Under the pieces are notes generated by a model. The model searched no databases and was not told the origin of the DNA. It saw only the letters and a list, made by a program, of their open reading frames with translations. A stretch of DNA of 63,121 bases, the filler included, from Asterionella formosa (lineage: Eukaryota), in the NCBI GenBank assembly GCA_002256025.1. It is 22 parts of 22 records of this genome, joined end to end, with 100 filler letters (N's around TTAATTAATTAA, not from the genome) between each part and the next. Parts side by side here need not be neighbours in the genome. Positions count along the whole stretch, not along the records: positions 11,437 to 30,257 come from NKIB01003926.1; 21 more parts are not named here. The stretch is one strand, 5' to 3'. How positions within the stretch are numbered: position 1 is the first letter of the stretch; the number at the start of each line of letters is the position of its first letter. This document shows, piece after piece, positions 11,752 to 25,389 of the stretch. The position numbers were made by a program, and so were the translations under genes.

Positions 11752-12110
11752 CATCTAAGACTCCGTTTACGGCCATTTTTTCGAAATTATGTCCAAAGTG
11801 ACGCATGTATGCTACTTTTCTAAAATATTATGCTAGTTTTTTGGGGATTTATTTGGGTCAAACCAAAATTTATGTGTTTTGAAACAAAATTTATTCTACT
11901 TAAAACAAAGAAGTATGTGATCAAACCAATAATTATGTGAGTTCGCAATATTATTTTTTTAACAAATAGCCCTCACAACGGTATTATGGCGAAATTACGT
12001 CACTTCACGGCAATATTATACTGGTCTCACAGCATAATTTTAAAAAGAGTCCCTAATTTCGATTCAAGTAGTATTTTTCCTCTATCACATTTTTCCTTGA
12101 TATCGACTGC
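11752..12110 (+). mobile_element. End of a CATCTAAG-terminus DNA transposon (end type L)
   Basis: Starts CATCTAAGACTCCGTTTACGGC. Homologous to 29574-29950 and to the reverse complement of 33390-33709. Confidence 0.75.
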
Positions 12111-12218
12111 TAAAAGACAGCACATGCATTTGTTAGCGCCCATACCTGCATCCACGATTACACAAATTGCTGGTGGTACAATCAATTGATTCTCCTTTAA
12201 CTTTGCGGCCCCGGGTTA

Positions 12219-13410
12219 AACCCTAGTTTGGAGAAAACATCGCTAGGGTTGTAAAAACGGCAGGGAACAAGGAGTTTCCTACTATGAATTCCCATGATTC
12301 GAGTGTCCATTTGAATATTTGAATTGAATAGGAATCGGCGCCAGATTGATAGAGTTCCATTTTACAAAAAAATGATATTTAAACGTTTGTTCTTTATCTA
12401 CGTCGCTGGATGTAGACATGATTTTGCTCAACGCCAAAACACATAAATAAATTAGGAATATGCCAACATGTATGCTTCTGGCTCTTGTCTGTACGTTTAT
12501 ATTGAATCCTCGTTGCTGCATGTAATTTCAATATCACTCCACGCACAAAGGTATATACCAGTGTGTGAATCCGTACCAGTACTGGAGTCCCAGAGTAATG
12601 GTATTTCGGTACTTGGAGTACCAGGTAGTACACAATATTGGTTCATCATGATGGAGGACAGGATGTATACTGGTGGTAGTACCGGTACTGATTTTACCAA
12701 CCAGGATTCAAAACATCTAATACTTGTGGTTCAAGTGTGGCTGGCGAGATTTTACAAGACCGGGATACTTCAGAGAATCTGAAGCAGGTGAAGAAAATCA
12801 ATTCAACCAATCAGAACCCTAGTTTGGAGAAAACATCGCTAGGGTTGTAAAAACGGCAGGGAACAAGGAGTTTCCTACTATGAATTCCCATGATTCGAGT
12901 GTCCATTTGAATATTTGAATTGAATAGGAATCGGCGCCAGATTGATAGAGTTCCATTTTACAAAAAAAATGATATTTAAACGTTTGTTCTTTATCTACGT
13001 CGCTGGATGTAGACATGATTTTGCTCAACGCCAAAACACATAAATAAATTAGGAGTATGCCAACATGTATGCTCATGGCTCGTGTTTATACGTTTATATT
13101 GAATCTACGTTGATTTATGTAGTTTCAATATCACTCCACGCACAAAGGTATATATCGGTATGTAAATCAGCACCGGAGTCCCAGAGTACCGCCATTCCGG
13201 TACTCGGAATACCAGGTAGTACATAGTCTTGGTTCATCATGATGGAAGACAGGATGAAACTACCGGTAGTACCAGTACTGATTTTACCAACCAGTATTCA
13301 GTACATCTAATACTTGTGGTTCAAGTATGGCTGGCGTGATTTTACAGGGCCAGGATACTTCAGCGAATCTGGAGCAGGTGGCTGAGTATATTCAATTCAA
13401 CCAATCAGAA
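12219..13410 (+). repeat. Tandem duplication of a ~596-bp unit
   Basis: AACCCTAGTTTGGAGAAAACATCG starts at 12219 and 12815, and both units end ATTCAACCAATCAGAA. Confidence 0.95.
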
Positions 13411-14079
13411 TATGTGTAATGACGCGATAACTTACCCTGGAGTCTTTGCAGACGGAGAATTATTCAGCAAAACATACCTACGCAAGAATCTAAGTATACA
13501 AGAACGTTTTTGCACGTACAAATTCTGATTCCAATACTTTGGCGACTGTTGAAAAAGCCGATCGGGTCGACTTTTTGGAGGAGGGTTGCTCTACATCTAC
13601 GGGGTTTCATGAAGAATGAAATAGATAGCCGTGTACCCTATATTGTCAGGATTTATCTTCTGCAGAGAAGTGGTAGTTATCCCTCATAGATTTTTTTAGA
13701 AGCTTGATAGCCCCCTTTTTTGATTATTTTTTGGATAGTTATGATTCCAAGAGGGGTAATATTGGTACTGTCTTGGCCAGCAAAATGAACAATAGAGATT
13801 GCCGATTACTAACAAGAGCTGTGAAGCATAAACTTTTAGTTCCATTATGTAGTACATCTCATACATTGGGATATGATGCAAATTCCAGAAACACTGGGTA
13901 GCCTTTCATACTAGGCCTTGTATTCCAACAAACCATAACCCTAAACATTATTTTTTCATGGCTATTGATTGTATAATTATGATAGTGATTTGTTTTATTT
14001 GGTTTCTTGCGAAAATTTGAGTGGCAGGCTGATGTTAACGAACATTTGGTGACATGTACATATTGGCTATGAATATATG

Positions 14080-14294
14080 TATCTTAAATTGGTTTCGATT
14101 AATTTATTTTATTGCTAAATATTTAATTAAAAAAACAGAGTTTATGTTCACGTCTGTACAAGTAAATAAAAATCATTTTTTCGAGTAAGCCACCCAGACG
14201 TAGAAAATTGGTATGCAATCATCCGTGCTACCTAACATAAGCTGCTCGGCAATGAGGGTTCCGTTAATCGATGCAACTTTTTCGGACAAAGGAG
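14080..14294 (+). mobile_element. Right end of a mariner related to 35862-38463
   Basis: Aligns to 38255-38463 and ends ATCGATGCAACTTTTTCGGACAAAGGAG followed by TA. Confidence 0.8.
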
Positions 14295-15074
14295 TACCGG
14301 TATATGATATATTGCTATGTATTGGGAGAAATGTTCATATTGCCCCTGGATGTCTAATGCCTTATCAGAGCTCAAACTCGCTTTGACGAAATCATGGTCG
14401 CGCGTACTTTTTGATAGGGAGTACGACTTCGGAGTAGAACGCGCGTCTAGAATTTCGGATGATATTTGGAAATAAATAAACAGCGAGGTGTGATGTGGAC
14501 GATACACACAAGGAATTTTGCACATAGCGAGGAAGTACGCAGTTTCCGGTACCTCTCATGTACCGGTAAATAGGATCTACCACACTGCTCAAATCGATCA
14601 CATTATATGTATGTACATAGGAGCGATGACTCCTAAAACAGCCATTGCCGTTTGTTGGCCAGTAAAATATGAAAATACGTTTCCGGGTTATGCATAAACT
14701 GTATGTAGGCTACGTACAGAATGATGATTTTTCCAATTTGCTTGTGATGCATGTACAATGTACATCCTCATAAAGAATATATGTTGTATATATTTTTGAT
14801 CGAATATATGTATTCATCCCTTGATACCGCTATATATCTATTAGCGAATGATTTCCCTTTGGCGAAGCCACTCGCCATTTCTAGCTCACAAATTCAATTT
14901 CGATCAATATCTCTCGTCGCTAAAGAATTATACTAACGCAAGCGGAATATTGATAACTGCCTCAAACAATCAATCGGCCATACAATTAATCCTCTCTATC
15001 CTTAGGAAGCCGCCTCCAGAGGAAGAAAAGTTCAAAATTGATCTGAGTAGTATCTTTGCTACGCGTGTGTAACG

Positions 15075-16427
15075 ATGGTGAAGTTATTGTTGATCTGTTC
15101 ATTCCTTGTTGTTGGAGTAGCATCCGCCTCTTTTAAACTCCGCCATCCACGAGCTAGAGCACTATCTGCATGGTATTCTAGGGATCCATGTACTGGCAAA
15201 TACAGCAATGACAAAGCAACCAGTAGAAGTGCCGGATCTTGCGTTAACACGGGCAACATATCGGTCGGACGAAAAGACGAACAACATTGCGATCTTGTTT
15301 CTGAAGGAGACAGTAATTTCAACATAACAGCACAAGCAATAGGCGTAGAGTTTTGGTATTCAACCGAAAACATTGACAATATCACCAACTACCTTGCAGT
15401 CCTTGAAGAAAAGATTTTCCGAGTTGTATTCAGCAACTTGTCGTGGTGCTATGCAGGCAATAATAACGACACCAGCGCTCTTACTACCATGGATACCCCT
15501 GAAGTTGCCCTGGCCAAAGAACTTGGAATTCTTGGTGTGACCTCTTCACCTAAAGATGTAAAAGTCAATAGTACGTGATGCAGAATTCATCGTCAGAATC
15601 TAACAAATCCAACTCAACACACACCTTTGCCCTTTCTCAAACTTCCAGTGACATGCCCTCATGCTCTTCTTGATGCTAATGATGTCTGTTATGTACATCA
15701 AGGTAAAATTACATTATATCGAAATTCTACTCTTGCGTCTATCCATCCGGCCATGCGAAGAGTTCTGGCAAATATCAACGATCTAAATTCCACACTCGCA
15801 TCTATCCAACTAGCCATCAGAACATCGATGGAAAGCGATGCCCTACTTGGAAAAGATATTCCAAGTGTCAGACGCGTGACCTATCTTGGCGAGACTGAGC
15901 CAGTTCCTAGCGGAGGGAGCAATAGCAACGCAACTTTCGCATCTGTGCTTGCCTTTTCCATCTCCGCTATAGTTCTACTTTTGTTGTTGTTATTCTTTAA
16001 AAAGAGAAAAGCTACAACTGAGCGCGAGCTGGAGAGCCTGGAAACTGACGATCCAGCTGGTAGCTTCCATCACGGTCACTATCACTACACTGTCAATGGA
16101 GAGAGGTATCTGTCCAAATCTTGCCCGTTATGCTTGGATACAGCTCGAGAGTTGAGCACCGGACCTGGACTTGCTGCAATTAGCGAAGACAAGGAGATGG
16201 ACGATGTTGACTTCTGTCTTGTCGCAGCCAGCTCAAAAGATCTTGGTAGGAACTGCTCGACAATGAATGTCGTTCCATGTAAGTCTGCTGTCTGTGAACA
16301 TTGCAAATTCGAAACTAAAGGGGTTGGCTTTGTCCCAGCATTCAAGTATAAACAACAAAAGAAATATATGGACCTGAACAAAAGCCACACTGCCAACATT
16401 GAAGGAGACTCACTTATCATCCTTTAA
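15075..16427 (+). CDS. Two-exon type I membrane protein (~424 aa): exons 15075-15570 and 15649-16427
   Basis: Signal peptide MVKLLLICSFLVVGVASA. A 78-bp GTACGT...CCAG intron joins the two ORFs in frame. TM helix followed by KKRK, then a cytoplasmic His/Cys-rich tail. Confidence 0.85.
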
Positions 16428-17699
16428 GTTACTGCTGTGTGACGCGGACTGAACATTCACTAGAACACTGCACAAGATGATGCATAAATTTAGTGCGTTC
16501 AGTTCCTGATGCACCCTCTCAGTGCTATTCATCCATATTTATAATATTTATATACATATTTTGCTAGTGTCCTGAGGTGTAGACCTTGATTCCGTGTATT
16601 ATGGAGGCTTTACCGAATACATATGATAAAATGAATACTCAAGTACTCCTAATAGTTGATACAAATACGCTACTTGGTCTACTCACAAACGCAGAAGATT
16701 TTAGAAGACTAACGTACCATGAGTGCATCTTGTCACACACCTACTCTTCCTCCCGAGTACTTCTGATGTACGACGGCTCTCTACTTGGTACCTCTTGCTA
16801 GCTTAAGCACCAAGGCATACATACCCATGTCTCTGTAGAGCCCTGGCACTTGCAACTATCTGGTGGAGCAATCGGAGAAGATCTGTAGTTTACAGGTTGA
16901 TTAACTTAAACCTAGTGGATATATCTCCAAACCTATTGTTGCTACTACAAGTGGGGTACCTGGTACCTGGTACTGGTAGTGCTATAGCGACCTGTTGCGG
17001 CTATTCCAATCATGTGGTGGTAAAAAGGTAGCACATCGAGGAGCGAGAAAATTTTCACTGCATCCTCAACTATTATTCCTTGTATTACGTAAATGTATGG
17101 TATGTAGTCTGTCATTCACAGGAGCCGAAAAGTACCCAATTTGGAAAGCTGAAAACTTTTATGTCAGAGAACTTTGTTTGCTTTGAATGCAGAACTTCTG
17201 ACCCCAATTCGACGCCAAATCGAGGCAAATGTTCCCCACTTGGAAGCAATTGCTACCACTTTGGACCAAATGGCATCATACCTCTCAAACTTCTGGGGCG
17301 TTGATTTCTACATAAAGGTTATGATGACGAAATTGTTGTCAATGTGCATTCCAGGTGCTGTCCCATACCCGGTTACTAGTGCTGAAACCAGTAATGTCCA
17401 CCACAAATATCATCTACCCACACTCATACTTCTCATTTCCCAACAAGTGAAGAGGATATGCATCAATATGTTGAACCACTTCAACCAAAGGTTCCTAAGA
17501 AGAATATTGATTACAATGACCACATTAATCAACAGGACATTGATGATGACATTGATTTTGAATGGATCTATTAGAATCTAATGCATATTTAGTTACATAA
17601 TAAATATATTAAGTGAGAATTCAACAATGCAAACCATATCATAGATGTTAAGAAAACGTTGACGCCACTCTATAATAGTAGTGCCGCCTGTACCATATG

Positions 17700-17930
17700 T
17701 AGCGTTATTACTCCATTTTTACTACAATGGTGGAGTGATAATTTCACGACTCTGTATTGTCCAGCACAGCATGTTTGGAGTGATGTAAAAATTATTATTA
17801 TTAATTCATTTTCTTTCTATCCTGTTCATATCCTGACTTTGTCATCATTTGAACTTTGCAATGTCTTTGCGGACATTGCAATGGTGTTATTTGTGTAACT
17901 ACAAATTTCAGAAGAACAAATCCCCATCTG
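17700..17930 (+). repeat. Dispersed repeat R2
   Basis: Homologous to 6356-6600 (reverse complement). Confidence 0.85.
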
Positions 17931-18559
17931 AGTCTCACAATCGAAATTGTAGCAACTGTGTTTTTTATGCACATGGTCACTGTTGACATTTCCTGCAAGA
18001 ACATCGAGTTCCTGGAATACATAATGAAACTATACATTGCGGTGGTAGAATGTGTTTGTTTATGCGTTGATTGGTTAGAATGTAATGCTGGTGGTCAACA
18101 AAACGGATTTACTATGTGCAATGATTTCTTCTCTGTAAACTCTTATTGAATGATTATGAACACAGGTACACTGCACATGATGATTTCTCAAAGATATAAT
18201 GATCACTTGACCAACAATTCAAGACGTTTTCGCAAACAATCATTCCACTTGTCATCGTTAGTATTTCGTCGTTGTTGCAAAAATCGGCATGAAGACTGAT
18301 GATGATGAGCCAAAGAATATTACTTTAGCTGGTACATTATCCAACCAAGGAATTTTAAAAAAAGGAAACTAATAGATACAATACATATAATAATTAAATA
18401 TACATAGTCAAAAGGGTTACTACTTAAATTATGAGGGCATTTATCAAAATTGTTAGATGATATAACGAAAAATTGTGATCTGATGATCATAATCCTATGA
18501 TGCATCATAGGAATATGATAGGTTTTTTGCAGATGAATGTCCGTGTAACTTCGGCATTT

Positions 18560-20090
18560 AGGGAGAGTAGACAAGAGATTATGTGTCCTATCCTTGAATC
18601 AAGTGGCCATAATCATCCATTTCATGGTGACAGCGATGATTCTGTTTATAACAATATTCAGTCACAACAAGACGAAAAATTGAGACTAAAAACTCTCCAA
18701 GGATTGAATACAGAAACCATGCAATATTCAGATTTCCAAGATCACACCGGCTTTCTCCCTGAAAATGCAATAGAAATGCCCCTTCCTCCTGAATTTCAAC
18801 TTCCAAGTAAACATTCGCTAAACACGCATCCAATCGAATGAGAACTCATGTTATTCCTTAATGAGAATGACCTTCCACCAGCATACTTTGATCATCTAAT
18901 GAAATGGCTTTTCAAAGCAAAAGCAATGAAATAATTTGATGGAAGGTATCAAGCTCCATCCTACCAGACTTTGGAAAAAACGCATGGGGATATTTCATTT
19001 CCACCAACATTAGCTGGTGGTCAACTGTTGACCAAACAAATCAAACATGGTCATCTCACGCACACTCCATTATTTCGAACCAATATAGCTCATGGCAGGA
19101 TTGCTACGTGATTCCGATATCATGCAACATTTTGTATGTCACCCACAAGTGCAACTTACAACTTGTGGAGAACACATATATGACGAAGTAACTTCCGCGA
19201 CTTGGTTTGAAAATGCGTTCAACAATTCTCTTGCATCAGAAAATGGAGTGATGAAGACAGGGTATTTATTTGTTGCCCTATCAGTTTTCAGTGATGGGAT
19301 GGTTCACCTATTGATAAACAAATGAAACATTCCGAGTATCCGTTTTTGTTGACAATTTTAAACTTAAAGTTAGAAGGAAGAAAAAAAGTTGATGGATGGC
19401 AATTGGTATCTCATTTGCCAGACATTGAAGTCAGTGATCTGGAGAAAAAATGAAAAATAAGTTATCTGGTGACGATTTATCCTTATGTAGACTCAAATTA
19501 TACCATTCTGATACAGGATTTCTATTGTCGCCTTTCGAAGAGCGATCCAAACAAGTCATAAGTTATTTGGGTTCATGGTCTTGGTACTATGACAAAAGTT
19601 TATTTCCAGATTGGAATGATCATTGGTGATACAGAAGAGCATTACAAAATTTGTGGTTTCAGGGGTGGTAATGGATTATATCAACGATATGTTTGTTGTG
19701 GTTGCTTGGTTTCAACTGAAGATGCTGATAATCCCGATATTGGATGTGAACGTCGTAAAGGTCAGATGTTAAAAAAATTTAAACAAGTTTCTTGACAAAA
19801 ATGTATATCCCGATGGAAAATTACTATGTATCCCACCTGGCTGAGTATTGTGTCTCCCAATCTAATGGCAAATATGTAACAGCAAATGAGTGGTGCCGTG
19901 TTATATCGCATGATCCTATTACGCCTGCACTAATAAATCATTTTTTGGTGGTGACTTAGAAGGATTATTTGGTGCAACTCCATTTGAGGTTCTTCATCAA
20001 TTACTACTTGGAATATTTAAGTACATTTTGGAATCATTGTACAATTATCGGACTATCGCTGAAGCATGGACATGTTTTTTTTGAGAAAGA
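18560..20090 (+). pseudogene. Degenerate Plavaka-like transposase
   Basis: Frameshifted motifs YDEVTSATWF, FVALSVFSDG, EYPFLLTILNL, IIGDTEEH.KICG, C..C.V...DADNP and GATPFEVLHQLLLG. Confidence 0.65.
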
Positions 20091-20799
20091 AAATCACAAG
20101 ATATTCCAGAATCTCTGATCAGAAGAAACGTAGCACTGAAACAACAGACACTGCTATTCTTGATCAAGTGTGACCGAAGAAAGGGGCTAAGACCAAAAAG
20201 GACACACGCACCAGCTACCAAAAATATCTACTCTGGCAAAAATCAAGACCCAACACTTGTACCTGCGCCAGTAATGTATTTTCGAAACTACTATACGTCG
20301 AAAAAAGTGCTAGGTATATCAATAGTCATTTGGAAAGGCAAAGCGATCGTGATATTCCAAAAATTGAAAGTAACGTTACTGGCAGATGGGGAATAGATAG
20401 GAGGATCAGTATGAATTCTATTGCAAAATTTGTAAGTGGTGGATTCAAGGTAGTTTGGCCATTCTTGATGTGAGGGACATTTAGGGAGCCACTGGATCAG
20501 CCGACTTTGCGGGCGAAGATGAGGAGACCAGTGTATCATGGTGAAGAGCTGCTGGGTGAGAATTTTTTTCAATGAGCCAGCTGGCATTGCATGGGCTCTT
20601 TTGTTGACGCCACGAGAGAGTAGAGGTTCGAGAACTGCGAACGCCATTCCAAAAGAATTCGTCAATGGTTATACCGGGGGTATAACATACTGGTAGGCAT
20701 AACAAAACAGCAAGGTACTGCAATCAAATTATTTTGCACAAATATTTGTAATATGATAAATCTGTTTTACACAAAAACCTTCCTTGGCATGTATAATGA

Positions 20800-21350
20800 A
20801 TGAACAGAATTGTTTGTAGTTGTGCAATGCGGCCCTTGCCACGTTGCCTAAAAAGGTGGTATGTTCAGCAATTGGCAGCAAGAACAATGTCAGCCAGTTT
20901 ACTTGTCAGCCAAGAAATAGGAACAGGAGCTATAGGTAGTATCATCCAAGGAGTTGGGTCAACTGTTGTTGGCCAAGGCGTGGGATCAGTTGTTGGGACT
21001 CATGTTGGTTTTGATCTGCTTCGGCGAAGGGGTGGGATCGCTCAGCTGTTCACTGGTTGGCATTAAATTTTAGTTCTTACATCAGCCAACAAGGAATGGG
21101 CTGACCTGTTTGTCTCAGTGTCAACCACTGTGTGGATCAGCTGTTGGCATCAATCATGTTGGTTTAGACGTCAGTCATAGAGGGGCTCCTGATCTGGCTG
21201 ATGGTAAGAGATATCAATAGGTATGCTAGACTCAGCTGTCACTCTATATGTTGGCTAAAGTGTGGGATTAGCTGGTGGTATCAACAGTCAATCATGTCGG
21301 TTTTGATTTCAACCATGTAGGGGGTTGGAAGTTGGGCTAACCTCCTGGTG
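20800..21350 (-). pseudogene. Decayed Pro/Thr-rich (PT-repeat) coding remnant
   Basis: The minus strand gives PTTDPTPWPTTVDPTP-like repeats interrupted by stops. Confidence 0.35.
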
Positions 21351-21374
21351 ATGGTCTAGATGTCAATAGACATA

Positions 21375-21510
21375 ATTCTAAGCCACGAAATTAACCACAT
21401 TTCGAAATTTCATCTATGTCGTAGGAGTTTTACTAATTATGTGGTACTTCACATGCATTAATACCGCTTTTCATGAGAATAAGTTTTTTCATGGTTTCAT
21501 GTGAAGTTTC
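21375..21510 (+). mobile_element. CATCTAAG-family end R (degenerate copy)
   Basis: Reverse complement of 11437-11572. Confidence 0.75.
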
Positions 21511-21959
21511 CGACAGTTAACATTGTACTCAAGACTAACTAACAAGATCCTCCTTTTGTGGATGATTCATTTACGAAATTGTAACGATATCTGTTGCGTC
21601 TAATTTCATGCCTTTACCATCATAGTTTTACGGTTCTGCACATCACATAAAGAATATAGGCTTTTCCGGTAAACAAGCTCACTCTTCCTAGCTTTTATAT
21701 AATGCTTCCCATTTATACATTGAATTCAAGGTGGAATTATTTAATGTAACAAGTAATTTCTTAATAAGTTCACCATATACTATATATATTTAACATCATT
21801 TTTAGGGCTTTTTCTTAAAACCTATTCTACTGGAATAGTAGAATAGTTCGCGTGGCTCCCGTTGGCGGTAGATTCAACAAGGATCAGCCCTGCAGACGTG
21901 GTGAAGCTCGTTTCTCTGTAGTGGAGAAGGTGTGTTTGCATGCCCACTCTCAAATGTAT

Positions 21960-22926
21960 GATGCATCAGTAGCAAGGAACAAGATTGGCTGGATTTCCCC
22001 AGAATCTCTGTCTGTACTCATTCAGCAACAAATTCTCGGTCAAAAACGCAGCCACCAAAGAGTCATCGTCTGGCCGACAATCCATGCCAAGTAGGAACAT
22101 CGAATGTTCGGTGAAGTTGAAAATAAATTCCTTCTTGTAAGATTCAAGTACAGAAGAGATTCCGTCCATTATTTGCTAGGCTATTGACTAATCCATGATC
22201 CGACCTCTTGTCTAGACGAGTAAGCTGACGTTTGAGGGGCTTCTTCAATGCTTCAATTACAGGAATCTCTTTTGCCCTGGCATCAGCAACATAACAGGCC
22301 AGACAGCTTTCATGTTCAATGTACTTGGCGAAGTAATCAACACTAACTGGTAGTATTTGTTCCTTGTTATGTCGCGAAATCCCAGCTTTGATATCATGGT
22401 TGTGAGTATTATGTTTTAAATTCCCAATTTCAGTACTTTTCAAATTGGTTTTTGTATTGAAGAACTCCAAAATTACGAATGCGCATTTACAGGAATGATA
22501 AAAAGTACATGTTATTTTGTTACTCGGATGCCATCACCTCTGACATAGGCGATTCTTCGATAACCAGGAAAGAGAGGACCCGCAACCTCCAGAATTGCGA
22601 AATCCCAACTCTTTGAGAATGCCTTCAAAGTCGCCTGTCTTCACATCTCTAACAAAAACATTTACCCACACATCAATACTTCCTTCGATGTCTACTACAT
22701 TTACGGTAAGTTCATTGTCAAGTACAACCAGGACCTCATTTTCGATATTGCCACCTTCTCCAATTTCATCCAATTTACCACCACCTTCTTTTTTGGTAGC
22801 TGACTTTTTGTGCTGAACATTTACTTCTTTGTTTACGACCTCTGACCACCTTTCATCTTCATCATCACTACTGTCTTCATCATTATCATCCAAACCAGTG
22901 GACTTCAAACTGCCAGGTTGTGACAA
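21960..22926 (-). pseudogene. Fragmented ORF set of unknown function, possibly a TE accessory gene
   Basis: Three colinear minus-strand ORFs with protein-like composition and an acidic N-terminus, broken by frameshifts and/or an intron. Confidence 0.35.
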
Positions 22927-24011
22927 GAGAAAATTTCGTCTAGAAATTGCTGAGACGTCATGAAGTTAATAGTTTTCTCCTTCCAAACATTCCTTCCTAT
23001 GTTGACAGATTTACTGATATACTTGAGATCAAAAATATATCCATACTTAGTAATCTATTGATTACAGTAAAGTTCATTACTATTGCTTCTCCTATGATTT
23101 TATGTACCAAATGCGTAGAATCGGCACAAAGTACAATTTCCAAGATGACAAATAATTTTGCCATTGAATAATTGCTAGCAATCTATTGATTTGGGTTAAG
23201 TCCCTTATTTTTTTTCCTTATGATTTATGTTCCAAATTCGTAGAATCGGCATATCGTACTATTTTCATTTCGTGCGAGCGCCACTGGCGAATGATGCGGT
23301 GGCCTTTGCTGTCAACAAATGCACATAGCAAGCAGGGAGGGGCAAATATTCTTCAGAATGAAGGGGAAGCAATCGCCATGGCAATGACCATACATTAGTC
23401 TATCAGCACACACTGCAGATGACGACAACAGAAAACCAGAAGCTAATATGATATGATGGAAACAATACCACAAGCTTATTTCCCATAAGCTTGTGGCGTA
23501 GTCTGAACATGACGACAATGAAGTTATCGGTGAGGTTGATGTCATGTTGAACATCAGAAACTCCCAATCAAGAAAATAGTAAATTTGTCCGCCCTCATCA
23601 TATCATCGATGAGAATCATCCATTTTATCGAAATAATTCATTGTTCCGAGGTGGTAAAACTTCAGAACCTAGACCACTTGGTGAGTGATGTAACCTCATG
23701 TGGTCTTTCAAATGGCAGGCATCCGCTCGCATTTGAAATTCAAGCACCGCATGGGGGTGAAAATCGACTGTACAACGAAAATCGTGTTGCCTGAAAATCG
23801 ACAAAGATGACAAGTTGCACTGGTACTTCCTGAACTGCGTGGCAGGGAAAGAATTGAATTTGTTCCCCCATGCAGCCCTTGTAACTATCACTAATGTGCT
23901 TATATTATAGTCAAGCTAGTATTTGATATTCCTTTGCTTATCAAGAGCGCCAAACTGACAAATTTTAATGTATCAACTATTTATTATTCACTATAATTAT
24001 ATATAAACTGA

Positions 24012-25088
24012 CTAATCCCATCCTTTGCCATAAGAATCCAGCAAAAACTTAACTAGCGAGGGAGGGGTTCGCTTCCTTCCATATGCCTTTGTGTTCATGG
24101 CATTACCAGCTCGTTTTGTGATTGCAACTGAGTGTCTATTCAAAGTGGAACCAGGGGACAAGAAGTACAGGTAGAGTCTCAAAGTTCCATTGATGAGAGC
24201 ATTGTCCATGGCACCTCCATGAACCGTATCACCCCACATGAGGTAAATGTACTTGAAAGGAACATTTAGTAACATGGCATGTTGACATTCTTCCTCTTTA
24301 CCCTTTCAATCTAACTGAAACCTGTTCTCAAGTGACTCTCCATCCCAAAAATTTAAGGAGAAACCACCATCTCCTGGCAACATAATGGAAGGCATGTTTC
24401 CACATCATTTACATCCAATTCTTCATGTTGATAATTGGAATTGTTATGCACCGATGCAGGATATCTTCCACAAGAATCCCATATACCTGAAGAAATTGGT
24501 TTATCGGAATTAGGTCACACCAGATTTGCCTCCTGTTAGAAATAATTCTCCACATCTTGTCCTGCCTATAAAATACACTGGAGCAAGAACATCACACCAG
24601 ACTTGTTATCCTTGGCTTCCCCTGTCAATGTCCTTTGACTGCTCAAAACGATAAAGCGTGAATGCCCACCTAATGAAGTCATCAATATCCATAGTCTGGA
24701 AATTATATTCTGTTAGAACAGCTGGTGTGTCAAGAATCATTCTAGCATTTTTAAATTGAAACATATTTGATAAGGAAATAATCACCAAATCAAAACATCA
24801 TGCTTTGGGAGCATCTCCCTGCAACCTACCTACTAAGATTCCTTTAAATTGATTATTCAATACATTCTGACATTCTCTCAACTTTTTAATGCACATGCCA
24901 CCAAATGTTGATTTGATGTAATCTAAATGTTCCTTGTTGATACATTCAATGGTCTGATTCATCGGAAGTAGTGCATCAGAACCATTCCTTATGAAATCGG
25001 CAAGCTCTGGGTCACTCTCCAATTCTTTGCCTAACTCCGGTTTCACTGTGTATAGCCGAGTTAGGCAGGTCCACATTGGGCAAACCAA
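24012..25088 (-). pseudogene. Degenerate protein with a C-terminal double-stranded beta-helix (2OG-Fe(II) oxygenase-like) domain
   Basis: SIMLPGDGGFSLNFWDG ... LLNVPFKYIYLMWGDTVHGG ... LRLYLY resembles the GD.VHxG...R strands of PhyH-like dioxygenases. Stops and frameshifts are present. Confidence 0.45.
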
Positions 25089-25333
25089 TTCTGTTTGTGA
25101 TTGGATATGCCTTTCATAATACTTGTACCAGATAGCAGGGTGGGATGCATTTTTGATTCTCTTTTGGGACCAGAAAAAAGCACATTTGATTGATATTCTG
25201 TTTTACAGTCCCTGCACCTCACGAACTATAACATCAAAATTACATGTTCACAGCAAAACTTCTTGGTCTTGAAACTAAAACTCACAACCTTTGTTGTGAC
25301 AATTGATGGTTCAATTTTAGCTAAGCGGTAAGC

Positions 25334-25389
25334 GGGAACAACGTTCTGATAAGGCTACTAAGTGGGAACGACGTTCTGATAAGGCTACT
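25334..25389 (+). repeat. 30-bp tandem duplication
   Basis: GGGAAC(A/G)ACGTTCTGATAAGGCTACT, two copies. Confidence 0.9.

Noticed and set aside
16950..16980. (TACCTGG)n runs as telomeric repeats
   Set aside because: Short, internal, heterogeneous and in both orientations; better explained as TA-anchored insertions.
23468..23496. Perfect 12-bp hairpin CCACAAGCTTAT-TTCCC-ATAAGCTTGTGG as a Helitron end or terminator
   Set aside because: Single occurrence, no convincing CTRR end or U-tract, and it lies within a decayed coding remnant.
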